From positions 133,587 to 197,586 of the forward strand of contig JAVZLM010000002.1 in NCBI GenBank assembly GCA_038883775.1: a stretch of 64,000 nt of DNA, given 5' to 3'. Position numbers and translations under genes: made by a program. Positions 28,623 to 39,340 of this stretch are shown here, piece after piece. Source of the DNA: Candidatus Bathyarchaeia archaeon. Its GTDB lineage: Archaea; Thermoproteota; Bathyarchaeia; Bathyarchaeales; Bathycorpusculaceae. Position 1 is the stretch's first letter. Every line of letters begins with the position of its first letter. The notes beneath the pieces were generated by a model. The model was not told the origin of the DNA. It saw only the letters and a list, made by a program, of their open reading frames with translations, and made no database searches.

Positions 28623-29764
28623 GTGAGTGGAGGCGCCTTCACGTTCTTCCATCTAATATTAACAAATGAGTGTAATCTTCAATGCAAATACTGTTTTGGC
28701 GAAGCCATTGAAGATTTTGACTCTTACTTTCATAATTTTGATGTCGATTATTCGTTGCCCAAACGGATGAGTTATAATGTGAAGTTGTTGGATAGGTTTT
28801 GCAGGCGAGATGCTGATTGCGTTTTGATTTTTTATGGTGGTGAGCCTTTGCTTTGTTTGGATGAGGTTAGGGGGATTATGGATTTTGTGCGGGTTAAGCA
28901 TTTTATTGTTCAAACTAATGGTTTGCTTTTGGATAGACTTGAGTCAGAATATGTTAACCGTTTCCACACAATTCTTGTTTCATAGACGGCGATGAAGCCT
29001 TAACAGACTTTTACAGGGGTAACGGCAGTTTCGGGAAGGTTGTTGAAAATTTGAGGTTGATTAGGCGTAATGGTTTTAGGGGCGAGATTATTGCGCGGAT
29101 GACTGTTATGGAGCAAACAGACATTTATAAGCAGGTTAGATGGCTTCTGGAAAACACAGAGTTTCCATTTTCTTCTATTCATTGGCAGCTTAACGCTGGA
29201 TTTTGGTCAAACGATTTTGAACGTCGCAATTTCAAAAAATGGAGCGAAGAAAGTTATAATCCCGGAATCCGCAAACTCGTAAAGTTTTGGGTTGACTACA
29301 TGGAAAAAGGCGCTGGTGCTCTTAGGCTTTATCCCTTCCTTGGAGTTGCCCAATCGCTTCTTTTAGGCGAAGAAAAAAGTCTCCTCAGATGTGGGGCTGG
29401 GTGGATTAACTATGCAATTCAAACAGATGGGCATATTATTCCTTGCCCAAGCATGTGGGGAATGAAAGACTATTATTTGGGGCATATTAAAAATGCGGAT
29501 CCACTAAAGCTTAAGAAGGTTTTTGTTGGTGAACCGTGCACGAAATGCGACATTTTGAGCCTTTGTGGTGGAAGATGCCTCTACGCTAATTTTACTAAAC
29601 GTTGGAGTTCATCAGCCTATAGATTGGTTTGTGATACCGTGAGAAATCTAATAGAAGCTGTATGCGCAGAAATACCAAGAATACAGAAACTTATTAGAGA
29701 AAAGAAAATTCGGGTGGAAGATTTCAGATTTATGAAATACAACGGCTGCGAAATAATCCCGTAG
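28623..29764 (+). pseudogene. Radical SAM/SPASM protein (archaeal AF0577-like), split by a 1-nt frameshift near 28981
   Basis: CNLQCKYC, YGGEPL, QTNG in the first frame; ILVS|IDG junction (gtttcatagac needs one more base); the second frame continues IDGDEALTDFYRG and has SPASM cysteines CGAG..PCP..CTKC....CGGRC. Confidence 0.8.
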
Positions 29765-29782
29765 CTAAGTTGCAGAAGCAAA

Positions 29783-30658
29783 TTATAGCTTTGTAGCGGT
29801 TATTCCTAAAAATTCTCTGATGAATTTTGATATGCTGCAGAAAGTTATACCCATGCAATCATAGTCTGGATTTGCTTCCACCACATCCAAAGCCTTTATG
29901 CTTAACCCGTCCAAGTTATGGATTACGTCAATAAGGTTTCGTAAGGTTATTCCTCCACCTTCTGGATTGCCGACTCCAGGGGCGAATGCAGGATCTAAAA
30001 CATCAACGTCGAAGGAAACATAAACATTGTCAATTTTATCCAAAACTTGAGTGATAAAGGAGAATGCTTTCTCTGCATTTTTGTAAACTTCAGATGTGGT
30101 TACAGTTTTTATTTTTGCATTTTTTGCGTAGTTTTTTTGTTCAGCCGTGGATGCTCTTATGCCAATTTGAACTATGTGATGAGGATTAATAATGCCTTCC
30201 TCAATTATCCTTCTCACAGTGCAAGCGTGAGAATATGGATTCCCTTCATAACTCTCGTATAAGTCTGGGTGAGCGTCAAAGTAGATTAAACCCCAAGAAC
30301 CCTTTAAAACTTCTTTTAAAGCCTTTAAGGTGGCATATGTGATGCTGTGATCCCCTCCGAGAAAAACGTATAATTTGAAATTAGCGTTTTTGCTTACAGC
30401 TTCTTTTACCTTTTGAGAGGCTTTTAAAAGAGAAGGAGGAGATACATCGCCTAAATCGTAAATTTTCCAGTAATCCTTAAGGTTCACATTGTTTTCCGCA
30501 TAGGAGTTATAAATTTTTGAACTTGTATATTCTCTAATAGCCTTTGGAGCTTTAGCCGAACCTTTCCTAAAGGATGAGCTTTTATCCCAACATAATCCAA
30601 GGACAAGAGCATTTGCATTCTCCTTGCTTTTGGTTTCAGCTCCAAAAAATAAACTCAC
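29783..30658 (-). CDS. speB: Agmatinase / ureohydrolase
   Basis: GGDHS, DAHPDL, SHAC, GIRA, SFDVDVLDPAFAPGVGNPEGGG, VEANP. Confidence 0.85.
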   Translation of the reverse strand: MSLFFGAETKSKENANALVLGLCWDKSSSFRKGSAKAPKAIREYTSSKIYNSYAENNVNLKDYWKIYDLGDVSPPSLLKASQKVKEAVSKNANFKLYVFLGGDHSITYATLKALKEVLKGSWGLIYFDAHPDLYESYEGNPYSHACTVRRIIEEGIINPHHIVQIGIRASTAEQKNYAKNAKIKTVTTSEVYKNAEKAFSFITQVLDKIDNVYVSFDVDVLDPAFAPGVGNPEGGGITLRNLIDVIHNLDGLSIKALDVVEANPDYDCMGITFCSISKFIREFLGITATKL

Positions 30659-30685
30659 AAATGTTTCCCTCTGCTTAAAAGGAGA

Positions 30686-31939
30686 CTATTTTAAAAATTT
30701 TTTAATTGCATCAACATTGAGTGGTACATTAATTGGATTTTTAGATATCCGCATTCCGCTTTTAGGATCTTTAAGCCCGTTCCCAGTTATTAAGCATACA
30801 ACCTCATCTTTTCCATCAATAATGCCGGCTTCCACAAGTTTTGGAAGGGCAGCAATACATGCTGAGCCGGAGGGTTCTGCAAATATTCCTTCAAAGCGCG
30901 CCAACAAACTCATGGCTTTTAAAATTTCCTTGTCGGAAACGTACTCTGCATTTCCATTAGATTCCTTTAACGCCTTAAGCGCCAAAGGAGCATCATAACT
31001 CCATCTTCCAACCAAACCCTCGGCTATGGATTCCTCACAGCTTTCCAAAGGCGCAACTTCACCCTTTTTAAAACCGTCAACAATAGGTGCACCGCCAACT
31101 GGTCCTGTGGCAACCATTTTTGGCAAATCGTCTATAAAGCCTAAATCTTTTAACTCTTTGAACCCCTTCCACATACCATACAAATGAGTCCCATTACCAA
31201 CATTATCTATAACCCATTCAGGCGCCTTCCATCCTAACTGTTCGCATATTTCGTAAGCAATTGTCTTGTCGCCCTCCACCCTAAACCTGTTGTGTCCAGG
31301 GCCAGACTCGAAAATGTCCAAATCCTTGACTGCTTCCAAATAGACTTCAAAGATTTCCTCGTAAATTCCATTCGCTAGAAAAGTTTTGGCGCCATGAACT
31401 GAGCATTGAGAAATCTTTCCCCTAGAAGCGGTTGCAGGCGTAAAAACGAAACAGCCTAATCCGGCTCGAGCTGCGTAAGCCGCCAAAGAAGCAGCGGCAT
31501 TTCCAGATGAGACACATGATACGCTTTTTTTTCCAAATTGCAAGGCTTTATTTACGGCTAAAAGGCTTTCTCGGTCTTTAAAAGAGCCTGTTGGGTTTTG
31601 GGCCTCAATTTTTAGGAGCAGATTTTTAATTTTAAGTTTTTTAGCTAGTTTTTTGCTTTTTAACAGAGGGGTTCCTCCCTCGCCTAACGTTAATAATTTT
31701 TCTTTCTTTTGGAATCCCAACAATTCCTTATATCTTAAAGCGTTGAAGGGTCTTTTAGAAAACAATTTTTTACTCACTATTTTCCTAATTTCTTCGTAGT
31801 TATAAGCGACTTCGGTTATACCCTTGAAGACAGTTATTCCTCTTATTTTTTCAAAACCACATTTTGGACAAACAAAGAATTTTGGATCGGAAGGAAATAT
31901 TTCTCCACAGTTTATACATTTTAAACCTTCGACAAGCAT
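30686..31939 (-). CDS. thrC: Threonine synthase-like PLP enzyme with N-terminal zinc ribbon
   Basis: CINC..CPKC, LGEGGTPL, NPTGSFKDR, SSGNAAASLAAY, EGIFAEPS, TGNGLKD. Confidence 0.8.
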   Translation of the reverse strand: MLVEGLKCINCGEIFPSDPKFFVCPKCGFEKIRGITVFKGITEVAYNYEEIRKIVSKKLFSKRPFNALRYKELLGFQKKEKLLTLGEGGTPLLKSKKLAKKLKIKNLLLKIEAQNPTGSFKDRESLLAVNKALQFGKKSVSCVSSGNAAASLAAYAARAGLGCFVFTPATASRGKISQCSVHGAKTFLANGIYEEIFEVYLEAVKDLDIFESGPGHNRFRVEGDKTIAYEICEQLGWKAPEWVIDNVGNGTHLYGMWKGFKELKDLGFIDDLPKMVATGPVGGAPIVDGFKKGEVAPLESCEESIAEGLVGRWSYDAPLALKALKESNGNAEYVSDKEILKAMSLLARFEGIFAEPSGSACIAALPKLVEAGIIDGKDEVVCLITGNGLKDPKSGMRISKNPINVPLNVDAIKKFLK

Positions 31940-32116
31940 GGTTTCGCTCACCCTTTTTGGATTGATATAGATAGTTCACGTTGCCTTTAAATGCTTACTC
32001 GTTGGCTTTCAAATTTTCCTATGCATCATTGAAAAACTTTGTGGAGAAAGAATAAACATTATTAGGTACAAAATTTAAAGTGATTTTCTTTACTTTAAGA
32101 AAAGGGGTAAAAGCCT

Positions 32117-33541
32117 ATGCCTTCACTTAATTTACTTTCTAAAAGACAGAAGTATACAGTGCATCTGACGAGTCTGGATATTCTTCAAGAGGTTGGCGTT
32201 ATAGTTCCCTATGAAGAAGCCCTCAGAAAACTTGAGGAGGCAGGTGCTGAAGTTGATTACAAAAGCCAACGAGCGTTTATTCCACAACATCTTTCTGAGG
32301 AAGCCCTCCAAAAAACGCCCCACAGATTCAGTGTTTACCATAGAGATCTGAAAACGAGGAAAATTTTGGGCGGAGACGAAACCCATTTTGGCACTGTGGG
32401 ATTTGCAACCAACTTCTACGATGTAACATCAAGAACTTACAGAAGAGTTACGGTGCAGGATTTAGCGAATGCAACGAAAATTGCTGATGCTTCGGAAAAT
32501 GTTGCACTTTACATGTGTATGGGTTCTCCAATGGATGTGCCCCACGAGATTGTTGATAGGTATATGTGGGCAACCGCTTTTGAGAATACAAGCAAACCCA
32601 TAATAAATGAGGCTATGAGAAAAGAGGGCGCTTTAGACGCTATAGAAATGGCTTCCGTAATCGTGGACGGAGTGGAAGAGTTAAGGAGAAAGCCAATAAT
32701 GCTTCTGCTGATGTCCATAACAAGTCCGCTTACATATGATAGGGCTACCCTTGAAGCTTTTATTGAAGCTTGCAAACTTGGTATTCCAGTTTTTGTGAAT
32801 TCGGGTCCCATGGCTGGAGCCACAAGTCCCGTAACTTTGGCTGGAACTTTAACCCTAAACATGGCTGAGTTCATAAGCGCTTTGGTAATTCGTTATGTGG
32901 TTAACAAGGATGCTCCGCTCATAATTGGAAGTTGGGCTAGGGCTATGGATGTTAGGGAAGCCTCGGCGGTACTTGGAGGACCAGAATTTGCGTTACTTCA
33001 TGCATGTGTTGCTAATTTGGCGCATTATTATGGGATTCCAAGCGCTGGTGGTGGTGTTTTGTCCGACTCCAAATCTTTAGACGCTCAAATGGGATATGAA
33101 AAAGCTCTGACTGGTGTGCTTCCAGCCCTTGCTGGTCTTAACTTGATATGCGGCATGGGTTTAATTGCCTCAGAAAACACCATGAGCCTCGAAGGACTTG
33201 TCATAGATAACGAGGTTGTTAGTATGATAAAGAAAATTGTGAATGGTTTTGAGATTACGGATGAAACTTTAGCATTTGACATCATTAAAAAAGTTGGACC
33301 GAAAGGAAGCTTCATAAGAGAACGTCACACCCTTGAACACTTTAGAAAGGAAATTTGGATACCAAAAATAACCAATAGAACATTTCCAGAAATTTGGGTT
33401 AAAGCAGGCGCCAAAGATTTATGGGCTAAGGCTAAAGAAGAGGCTGAAAAAATATTAAAAGACCACCAAGTTCTTCCACTCTCAAAAGACGCGAAAGATA
33501 AAATTATGAACATTATTAAAAGGAAAAAGGAAGGTGTCTAA
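32117..33541 (+). CDS. MttB-superfamily methyltransferase 1 (non-pyrrolysine)
   Basis: PMAGATSPVTLAGTL, GGPE, SDSKSLDAQMGYE with Leu at the Pyl position, IKKVGPKG.F. Confidence 0.9.
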   Translation: MPSLNLLSKRQKYTVHLTSLDILQEVGVIVPYEEALRKLEEAGAEVDYKSQRAFIPQHLSEEALQKTPHRFSVYHRDLKTRKILGGDETHFGTVGFATNFYDVTSRTYRRVTVQDLANATKIADASENVALYMCMGSPMDVPHEIVDRYMWATAFENTSKPIINEAMRKEGALDAIEMASVIVDGVEELRRKPIMLLLMSITSPLTYDRATLEAFIEACKLGIPVFVNSGPMAGATSPVTLAGTLTLNMAEFISALVIRYVVNKDAPLIIGSWARAMDVREASAVLGGPEFALLHACVANLAHYYGIPSAGGGVLSDSKSLDAQMGYEKALTGVLPALAGLNLICGMGLIASENTMSLEGLVIDNEVVSMIKKIVNGFEITDETLAFDIIKKVGPKGSFIRERHTLEHFRKEIWIPKITNRTFPEIWVKAGAKDLWAKAKEEAEKILKDHQVLPLSKDAKDKIMNIIKRKKEGV

Positions 33542-34199
33542 AATGAGTGCAGAAAACGTTATCAAAAAATTAAGACTCGCAGTTTTAGACTATAACACTG
33601 AAGAGGCTGTGTCCGCTGCCAAAGAAGTCATAAAACTTGGAGTTGACCCCCTCAGGGCTATAGAAGAAGGCTTGGCTCAGGGAATAAGAGAAGTGGGCGA
33701 AAAATTTGCAAATGGAGAGATATTTCTTCCAGAACTAATTATGGCTGCGGAAACAATGAAAAAAGCCTTAGAAGTTTTGGAGCCTGAGCTAAAGAAGAAA
33801 AACAAAGAGCGTAAGACTCTTGGAAAAGTGCTTTTAGGCACCGTCGCAGGAGACATTCATAGCATAGGAAAAACCATAGTCGCTTCCATGCTAACCGCAA
33901 ACGGATTTGAAGTCTACGATATTGGAGAGGACATACCAGCAGAAAGGTTCGTCGAGAAAATTAAAGAGTTAAAGCCAGACATCGTTGGATTATCAGCCCT
34001 CTTAACCACAACCCTACCCGAGCAAAAAACAGTTATTGAAACCTTAAAAAGAGAAGGCTTGCGGGATAAGGTTAAAGTGATTATAGGTGGAGCCCCAGCA
34101 AGTAAGGAGTGGGCTGAGGAGATAGGCGCTGACGGCTACGGAGCTGATGCAGCTGAAGCCGTTGAGGTTGTTAAGAAACTCCTAGAACATGTCAAGTAA
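33534..34199 (+). CDS. Methyltransferase cognate corrinoid protein
   Basis: EIFLPEL cap domain, GDIHSIGK (DxHxxG), GLSALLTTT, IIGGAP, GADGY. Confidence 0.93.
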   Translation: MSKMSAENVIKKLRLAVLDYNTEEAVSAAKEVIKLGVDPLRAIEEGLAQGIREVGEKFANGEIFLPELIMAAETMKKALEVLEPELKKKNKERKTLGKVLLGTVAGDIHSIGKTIVASMLTANGFEVYDIGEDIPAERFVEKIKELKPDIVGLSALLTTTLPEQKTVIETLKREGLRDKVKVIIGGAPASKEWAEEIGADGYGADAAEAVEVVKKLLEHVK

Positions 34200-34233
34200 A
34201 ATTTTTCCCTAAATATTAGGTGTGGAGTAGCTC

Positions 34234-35421
34234 ATGAGTAAAAAATTGAAACTCTCAAAACGTTCAAAGAAAATCCCAAAATCTGGAATTAGAAAAATGT
34301 TTGATCTCGCACAAAAATACACAGACGTAGTAAATTTATCAATAGGCGAACCGGATTTTGACACTCCGCCCCACATTATTGAAGCAGCTATAAAAGCCAT
34401 GAAAGAAGGGTATACCCACTACACGGTAAATGCTGGTTTCCCAGAATTTAGAAAAGCAGTTGCAGAGAAATTGTGGAAAGAAAACCGCATAGACGCTGAT
34501 CCGGAAAAGGAGATTATGGCAACGGCTGGAGCTATGGGGGGCTTATCCTTGGCAATCTTAACCCTAATAGATTCCGGTGATGAAGTGCTTATTCCAAATC
34601 CTGGCTTCCCAAATTATGCTGCTCAAGTTGTTCTTGCATGCGGCAAACCAATTTCGTATCCTCTTAAAGAAGAAAATAATTTTCGTGTAGATGCTGCTGA
34701 CATAGCTGAACGTATAACGTCGAAAACTAAAGCGATCCTCGTTAATTCACCATCCAACCCAACAGGATCCGTGCTGAAGGAGAAAGAACTAAAAAGTATA
34801 GCGGATATAGCATTGGAAAATGACCTTTTAGTGATTTCCGATGAAGCTTACGAAGCCATCCTATATGATGGAATAAACCACATAAGTATAGCATCCTTTC
34901 CAGAAATGAAAGAAAGAACCATAAGCATATTCACTTTCTCAAAAACATACGCCATGACTGGGTGGCGCATAGGCTTCGCAGTAGCGCAAAAAGAGATAAT
35001 AGAAGAAATGCTCGAACTTCAAGAACACATACTCGTGCATCCAAGCTCCATTTCTCAGATGGCCGCCATCGCAGCCATGCAAGGCTCAAAAGAGTATGTG
35101 CAAAAGATGCTTAAGGAATATGCGGAAAGGAGAGAAATTATAGTAAAAGAGTTAAACAACATGCCCAGAGTTACTTGCCTAAAGCCTGAAGGCGCCTTCT
35201 ACGCTTTTCCAAGCATAAAGAAAACTGGCATGTCCTCAACCGAAATTGCAATGTATCTCCTCGAGAAGGCAAAAGTAATAACTGTGCCAGGAACAGCTTT
35301 TGGAGAGTACGGCGAAGGATACATAAGAATTTCCTATTCAACATCAAAAGAGCAAATAAGAGAGGCTATGGATAGAGTGAAGTTGGCGCTTGAAGAATTA
35401 AACAAAAAATGGAATAAATGA
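34234..35421 (+). CDS. Class I/II PLP aminotransferase
   Basis: IGEPDF, NSPSNPTG, SDEAY, FSKTYAMTGWRIG, PEGAFY. Confidence 0.93.
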   Translation: MSKKLKLSKRSKKIPKSGIRKMFDLAQKYTDVVNLSIGEPDFDTPPHIIEAAIKAMKEGYTHYTVNAGFPEFRKAVAEKLWKENRIDADPEKEIMATAGAMGGLSLAILTLIDSGDEVLIPNPGFPNYAAQVVLACGKPISYPLKEENNFRVDAADIAERITSKTKAILVNSPSNPTGSVLKEKELKSIADIALENDLLVISDEAYEAILYDGINHISIASFPEMKERTISIFTFSKTYAMTGWRIGFAVAQKEIIEEMLELQEHILVHPSSISQMAAIAAMQGSKEYVQKMLKEYAERREIIVKELNNMPRVTCLKPEGAFYAFPSIKKTGMSSTEIAMYLLEKAKVITVPGTAFGEYGEGYIRISYSTSKEQIREAMDRVKLALEELNKKWNK

Positions 35422-35429
35422 AAAATAAG

Positions 35430-36392
35430 TTATTGTCTAAGAAAGTTCGTTCTAAATTTTTTAATGATAAATTTTGCAACTGCGGCATCTTGTATTGCTA
35501 AACCAACAGATTTAAAAACAGTTATTTCATCATCGTCAACTCTACCGGATTTTTTACCTGTAACTATTTCGCCTAATTCAGCATAGATGTGTCTCTCTGT
35601 GATTGCTCCTTCCTTAATTGGCAGTATAATGTCACCAGCCTCCTCTAACGCTGCCTTTCGCAGATCTACAACCACCTTTGATTTCACTATAGTTTCAGTG
35701 TCCAGTTCTCTTGCGTTAGAATAATATGAACCTATAGCATTAATGTGAGTCCCCCAGCTTAACCATTCACCCTTAACCACAGGTTCAGCAGATGTGGTGG
35801 CTGTTATCACTACATCAGCATCCTTTACTACTTTTTGAGGCGAATCTACATGTAACACGTCTATCCCTAATTTTTTGGACATTTCCTCAGCGAATAGCTT
35901 CCTTACACTCGATACCTTGTCGAATGCACAAACTTTTTCTATCTCTCTTATTTCTCTAACTGCTAATAATTGGGTTTTCCCTTGCATTCCGCAACCTATT
36001 ATTCCAACATTTTTTGAATCCTTTCTTGACAGATATTTTGTTGCCACTCCACTGACAGCTCCAGTTCTCAAAGCGGTTAAATATGCAGCGTCCATTACCG
36101 TAGTTACTTTCCCAGTTTCCAGATCATAAACGAGGAGGGTGGCTACCGTTGTGGGAAGATTATATTCAACATTTTTTGGAAAAATTCCAAAAACTTTTGT
36201 CGTGGCTACATTCATCCTCTTCAAGTACGCACTCATTTGAGAAATACTTCCATTTTTTAACATGAGCGTTGTGCGTTCTGGCATAATCGCTTCTCCTTGC
36301 TGGAGTTCTTTGAAGGCTTCTTCAACAGCGTCTATAGCTTCACGCATAGTCAAAAGTCGCTGTACATCACTGTCGCTTAAAAAAAGCGTTAT
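35430..36392 (-). CDS. Ornithine cyclodeaminase / mu-crystallin / alanine dehydrogenase family; likely ATA start at 36392
   Basis: [39 protein letters not shown]; conserved-looking N-terminus [14 protein letters not shown] lies upstream of the ORF-track start, after a GGGGTG SD. Confidence 0.88.
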   Translation of the reverse strand: MTLFLSDSDVQRLLTMREAIDAVEEAFKELQQGEAIMPERTTLMLKNGSISQMSAYLKRMNVATTKVFGIFPKNVEYNLPTTVATLLVYDLETGKVTTVMDAAYLTALRTGAVSGVATKYLSRKDSKNVGIIGCGMQGKTQLLAVREIREIEKVCAFDKVSSVRKLFAEEMSKKLGIDVLHVDSPQKVVKDADVVITATTSAEPVVKGEWLSWGTHINAIGSYYSNARELDTETIVKSKVVVDLRKAALEEAGDIILPIKEGAITERHIYAELGEIVTGKKSGRVDDDEITVFKSVGLAIQDAAVAKFIIKKFRTNFLRQ

Positions 36393-36401
36393 GAAACACC
36401 C

Positions 36402-37409
36402 CTAACCTAATGAAAAACCATGCTTTATCGGATCATCTTTTTCTAAAATGCACCGTTGCAAACCTATAATATACGCTCTCGCAGACAATTTTGGTATTAT
36501 TGCTTTGTATTTACCAACTTTTATTTCTCTGCAGATTTCGCCGATCATCGTTAAGTCTGGATTTACTAAACTCTCAACTACAAGACGGTTTCCAGCTTTG
36601 AATTCTCCCTTAGCCCAAAGCATAGCCAATTTGGCACTGACAGAAGTTCCAGCTGGGGAAACGCATATGGTATCAGAGTAGACATTTGCGTGCCTAAAAT
36701 GATGCCCAGATTTTAGGGGTTTGGCTGAGAAAGTTACAAGTTCAATTTTATTCAGTTCTGGATTTTCAGGATGGACAACTTTAACTTGCTTATTTGCAGC
36801 GTTTAGTATATTCATGCCAACGCGAATTAGCTCTCTTGCATTTTCTGGTTTAACTTGAACGCCAACTTCATCGGGATTGACAAATACGTAGTACAATCCT
36901 CCAAAGGCTATGTCAACGTTGATTTCGCCGATTTCAGGAACTTTGATTTTTTTTGATTCTTGATAGAAGGATGGGATGCCCTCAAAGGATATTTCTTGAA
37001 CTTCGCCATCTTTAACCTTCGCCTCTACTTTTACGAGCCCCGCAGCAGTGTCAAGAGTTACTTCGGTTATTGGTTCCTTAACCTCAACCATGCCTTGCTC
37101 AATTAAAACTTTGGTTACGCTAAAGGTGCTGTCTCCGCATGAATTGAAATAGCCTCCAGTATACGTGAATATTACTCCATAATCTGCTTTGGGATTAGTT
37201 GGTTCCGTGATTATGGCTCCCAATATGCCCGAGAAACCCCTAGGCTGCATCATGAGGGCTTTTCTCCAATCATCATAGTGTTCTTGGCAGTACTTTGTCT
37301 TCTCCCACATCGTTTTTCCCGGAATTCGAGGAAAGCCGCTTACCACAACTTTGGTTGTTTCGCCAGAAGAATGGGTTTCAAAAACCGTAATTATTCTCTC
37401 AACTTTCAT
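36402..37409 (-). CDS. Proline racemase superfamily protein with atypical active site
   Basis: ETHSSGETT, QPRG, NSCGDS (canonical MCGH), DIAFGG, VSPAGTS (canonical RSPCGTG), DPIKHGF. Confidence 0.85.
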   Translation of the reverse strand: MKVERIITVFETHSSGETTKVVVSGFPRIPGKTMWEKTKYCQEHYDDWRKALMMQPRGFSGILGAIITEPTNPKADYGVIFTYTGGYFNSCGDSTFSVTKVLIEQGMVEVKEPITEVTLDTAAGLVKVEAKVKDGEVQEISFEGIPSFYQESKKIKVPEIGEINVDIAFGGLYYVFVNPDEVGVQVKPENARELIRVGMNILNAANKQVKVVHPENPELNKIELVTFSAKPLKSGHHFRHANVYSDTICVSPAGTSVSAKLAMLWAKGEFKAGNRLVVESLVNPDLTMIGEICREIKVGKYKAIIPKLSARAYIIGLQRCILEKDDPIKHGFSLG

Positions 37410-37492
37410 GATCTCACCGATGTAGCTAAAATTTATTCTGTATATAAAATTTTATATTCAAAGAAATGGGAAAGGGATGTGTGTGATGTAAA

Positions 37493-39331
37493 ATGTATGG
37501 TTGGAATGGCAAAATATTGAGGGTTAACCTTTCAAAAATGGAAACAGCAACACAAAATTACGACTTAGATTTCGCAAGAAAGTACTTGGGCGGAAGGGGC
37601 TTTGCCATAAAAATTCTATGGGATGAACTGAAACCTGGAACTGACCCATTAGGTCCAGAAAACAAACTTGTCATAGCTGCGGGACCATTAACTGGACTCC
37701 CAGGTCCAAGTCTTGGCAAACTTGTCATAGCAGCAAAAAGCCCACTCACTGGAGGATATGGAGATGGAAATGTTGGAACTATGGCGGCAGTGAACATGCG
37801 AAAAGCTGGATTTGACGCCCTAATAATAGAAGGAAAAGCGCAAAAACCAGTTTATCTTTACGTTGAAGAAGAGAAGGGTTACATTTTAAGCGCTGACGGC
37901 ATATGGGGCAAAACAACCTTCGAAGCAGAGGAAAACATCAAGGAAATCCATGGAAAAGATATTGGAGCGCTTCTAATTGGTCCAGGTGGTGAGAACATGG
38001 TTAGATATGCAACAGTTGTCTCCCAAGAAGGAAGGGCTGGTGGAAGACCCGGAATGGGTGCTGTTATGGGTTCCAAAAAACTTAAGGCTGTTGTCTTTAA
38101 GGGAACAAAAGAAATTCCTTTGGCGGATCCAGATGGATATAAGAAACTTGTAAGCGATACTTATGCAGATATTAAAGCCAGAGACTATTATGGGTTCTGG
38201 ATTAGGCAAGGTACCATGGCAACAATAGATTGGGCTAACGAAAACAGTGTTTTACCCACATACAACTTTAAAGAGGGAGTCTTCGAATTGGGAAATCTCA
38301 TCAACGGATTTGCCATGGAAGCAGCAAAGGTTCAGCGAAGAGGATGCCCCTACTGTAATATGGCATGTGGAAACGTGGTCCTAGACAGCGAAGGCAAAGA
38401 ATCGGAACTTGACTATGAGAATGTTGCTATGCTCGGCTCCAACATTGGACTAGGGCATCTTGGAAAAGTTTCAGTGCTTAACAGAATGGCAGATGAACTA
38501 GGCATAGACACCATTTCTTTGGGCAATACAATAGCCTTTGCCATGGAAGCGGCAGAAAGAGGACTTTTGAAAGATGGAATAGAATGGGGAGATTTCGAAA
38601 AGACAAAAACGCTAATTCAAGAAATCGCATACCGCAAAGGACAGCTCGGAAACCTCCTCGCAGAAGGGGTCATGAGAGTAAGCCAAAAACTCGGAGGAGA
38701 ATCCCAAAACTGGGCAATACACATTAAAGGACTTGAAGCTTCAGCCTACGACTGCCACACAGTTCCAGGAATGGCTTTGGCGTTTGCAACTTCATCCATA
38801 GGTGCCCACCATAAGGAAGCTTGGGTTATCTCATGGGAAATAAGAACCGACAGATCCGGATATACAGAAGCCAAAGTAGACAAAGTAATAGAATTCCAGC
38901 GCATAAGGGGAGGAATGTTCGAATCTTTAGTTGCGTGCAGACTTCCATGGATAGAATTGGGCTTTGACTTAGAATGGTATCCAAGACTATTAAAGGCAGC
39001 ATCTGGAATAGAGATTCCCCTCAACGAAATGTTTTATGTGTTAGCGGATAGAATATACGCCTTCATAAGAGCCTTCTGGGTGCGCGAGTTCGGTCAAGAG
39101 TGGAACCGCCAGATGGATTATCCACCAGTGCGATGGTTTAAGGAACCAATAACTAAAGGACCATACAAAGGTACGACGCTTGACAAAACAAAATTTGACA
39201 CATTACTAGACATGTACTATGCTAAACGCGGATGGGACAATAGGGGAATACCAACCAAGAGCACATTTGAGAAACTTGGATTAAAAGATGTGGCAGAGCA
39301 GCTTTCAAGAAACGTCACACTTTCCCCATAA
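37493..39331 (+). CDS. Tungsten-dependent aldehyde:ferredoxin oxidoreductase family
   Basis: [65 protein letters not shown]. Confidence 0.93.
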   Translation: MYGWNGKILRVNLSKMETATQNYDLDFARKYLGGRGFAIKILWDELKPGTDPLGPENKLVIAAGPLTGLPGPSLGKLVIAAKSPLTGGYGDGNVGTMAAVNMRKAGFDALIIEGKAQKPVYLYVEEEKGYILSADGIWGKTTFEAEENIKEIHGKDIGALLIGPGGENMVRYATVVSQEGRAGGRPGMGAVMGSKKLKAVVFKGTKEIPLADPDGYKKLVSDTYADIKARDYYGFWIRQGTMATIDWANENSVLPTYNFKEGVFELGNLINGFAMEAAKVQRRGCPYCNMACGNVVLDSEGKESELDYENVAMLGSNIGLGHLGKVSVLNRMADELGIDTISLGNTIAFAMEAAERGLLKDGIEWGDFEKTKTLIQEIAYRKGQLGNLLAEGVMRVSQKLGGESQNWAIHIKGLEASAYDCHTVPGMALAFATSSIGAHHKEAWVISWEIRTDRSGYTEAKVDKVIEFQRIRGGMFESLVACRLPWIELGFDLEWYPRLLKAASGIEIPLNEMFYVLADRIYAFIRAFWVREFGQEWNRQMDYPPVRWFKEPITKGPYKGTTLDKTKFDTLLDMYYAKRGWDNRGIPTKSTFEKLGLKDVAEQLSRNVTLSP

Positions 39332-39340
39332 CACAATTTT

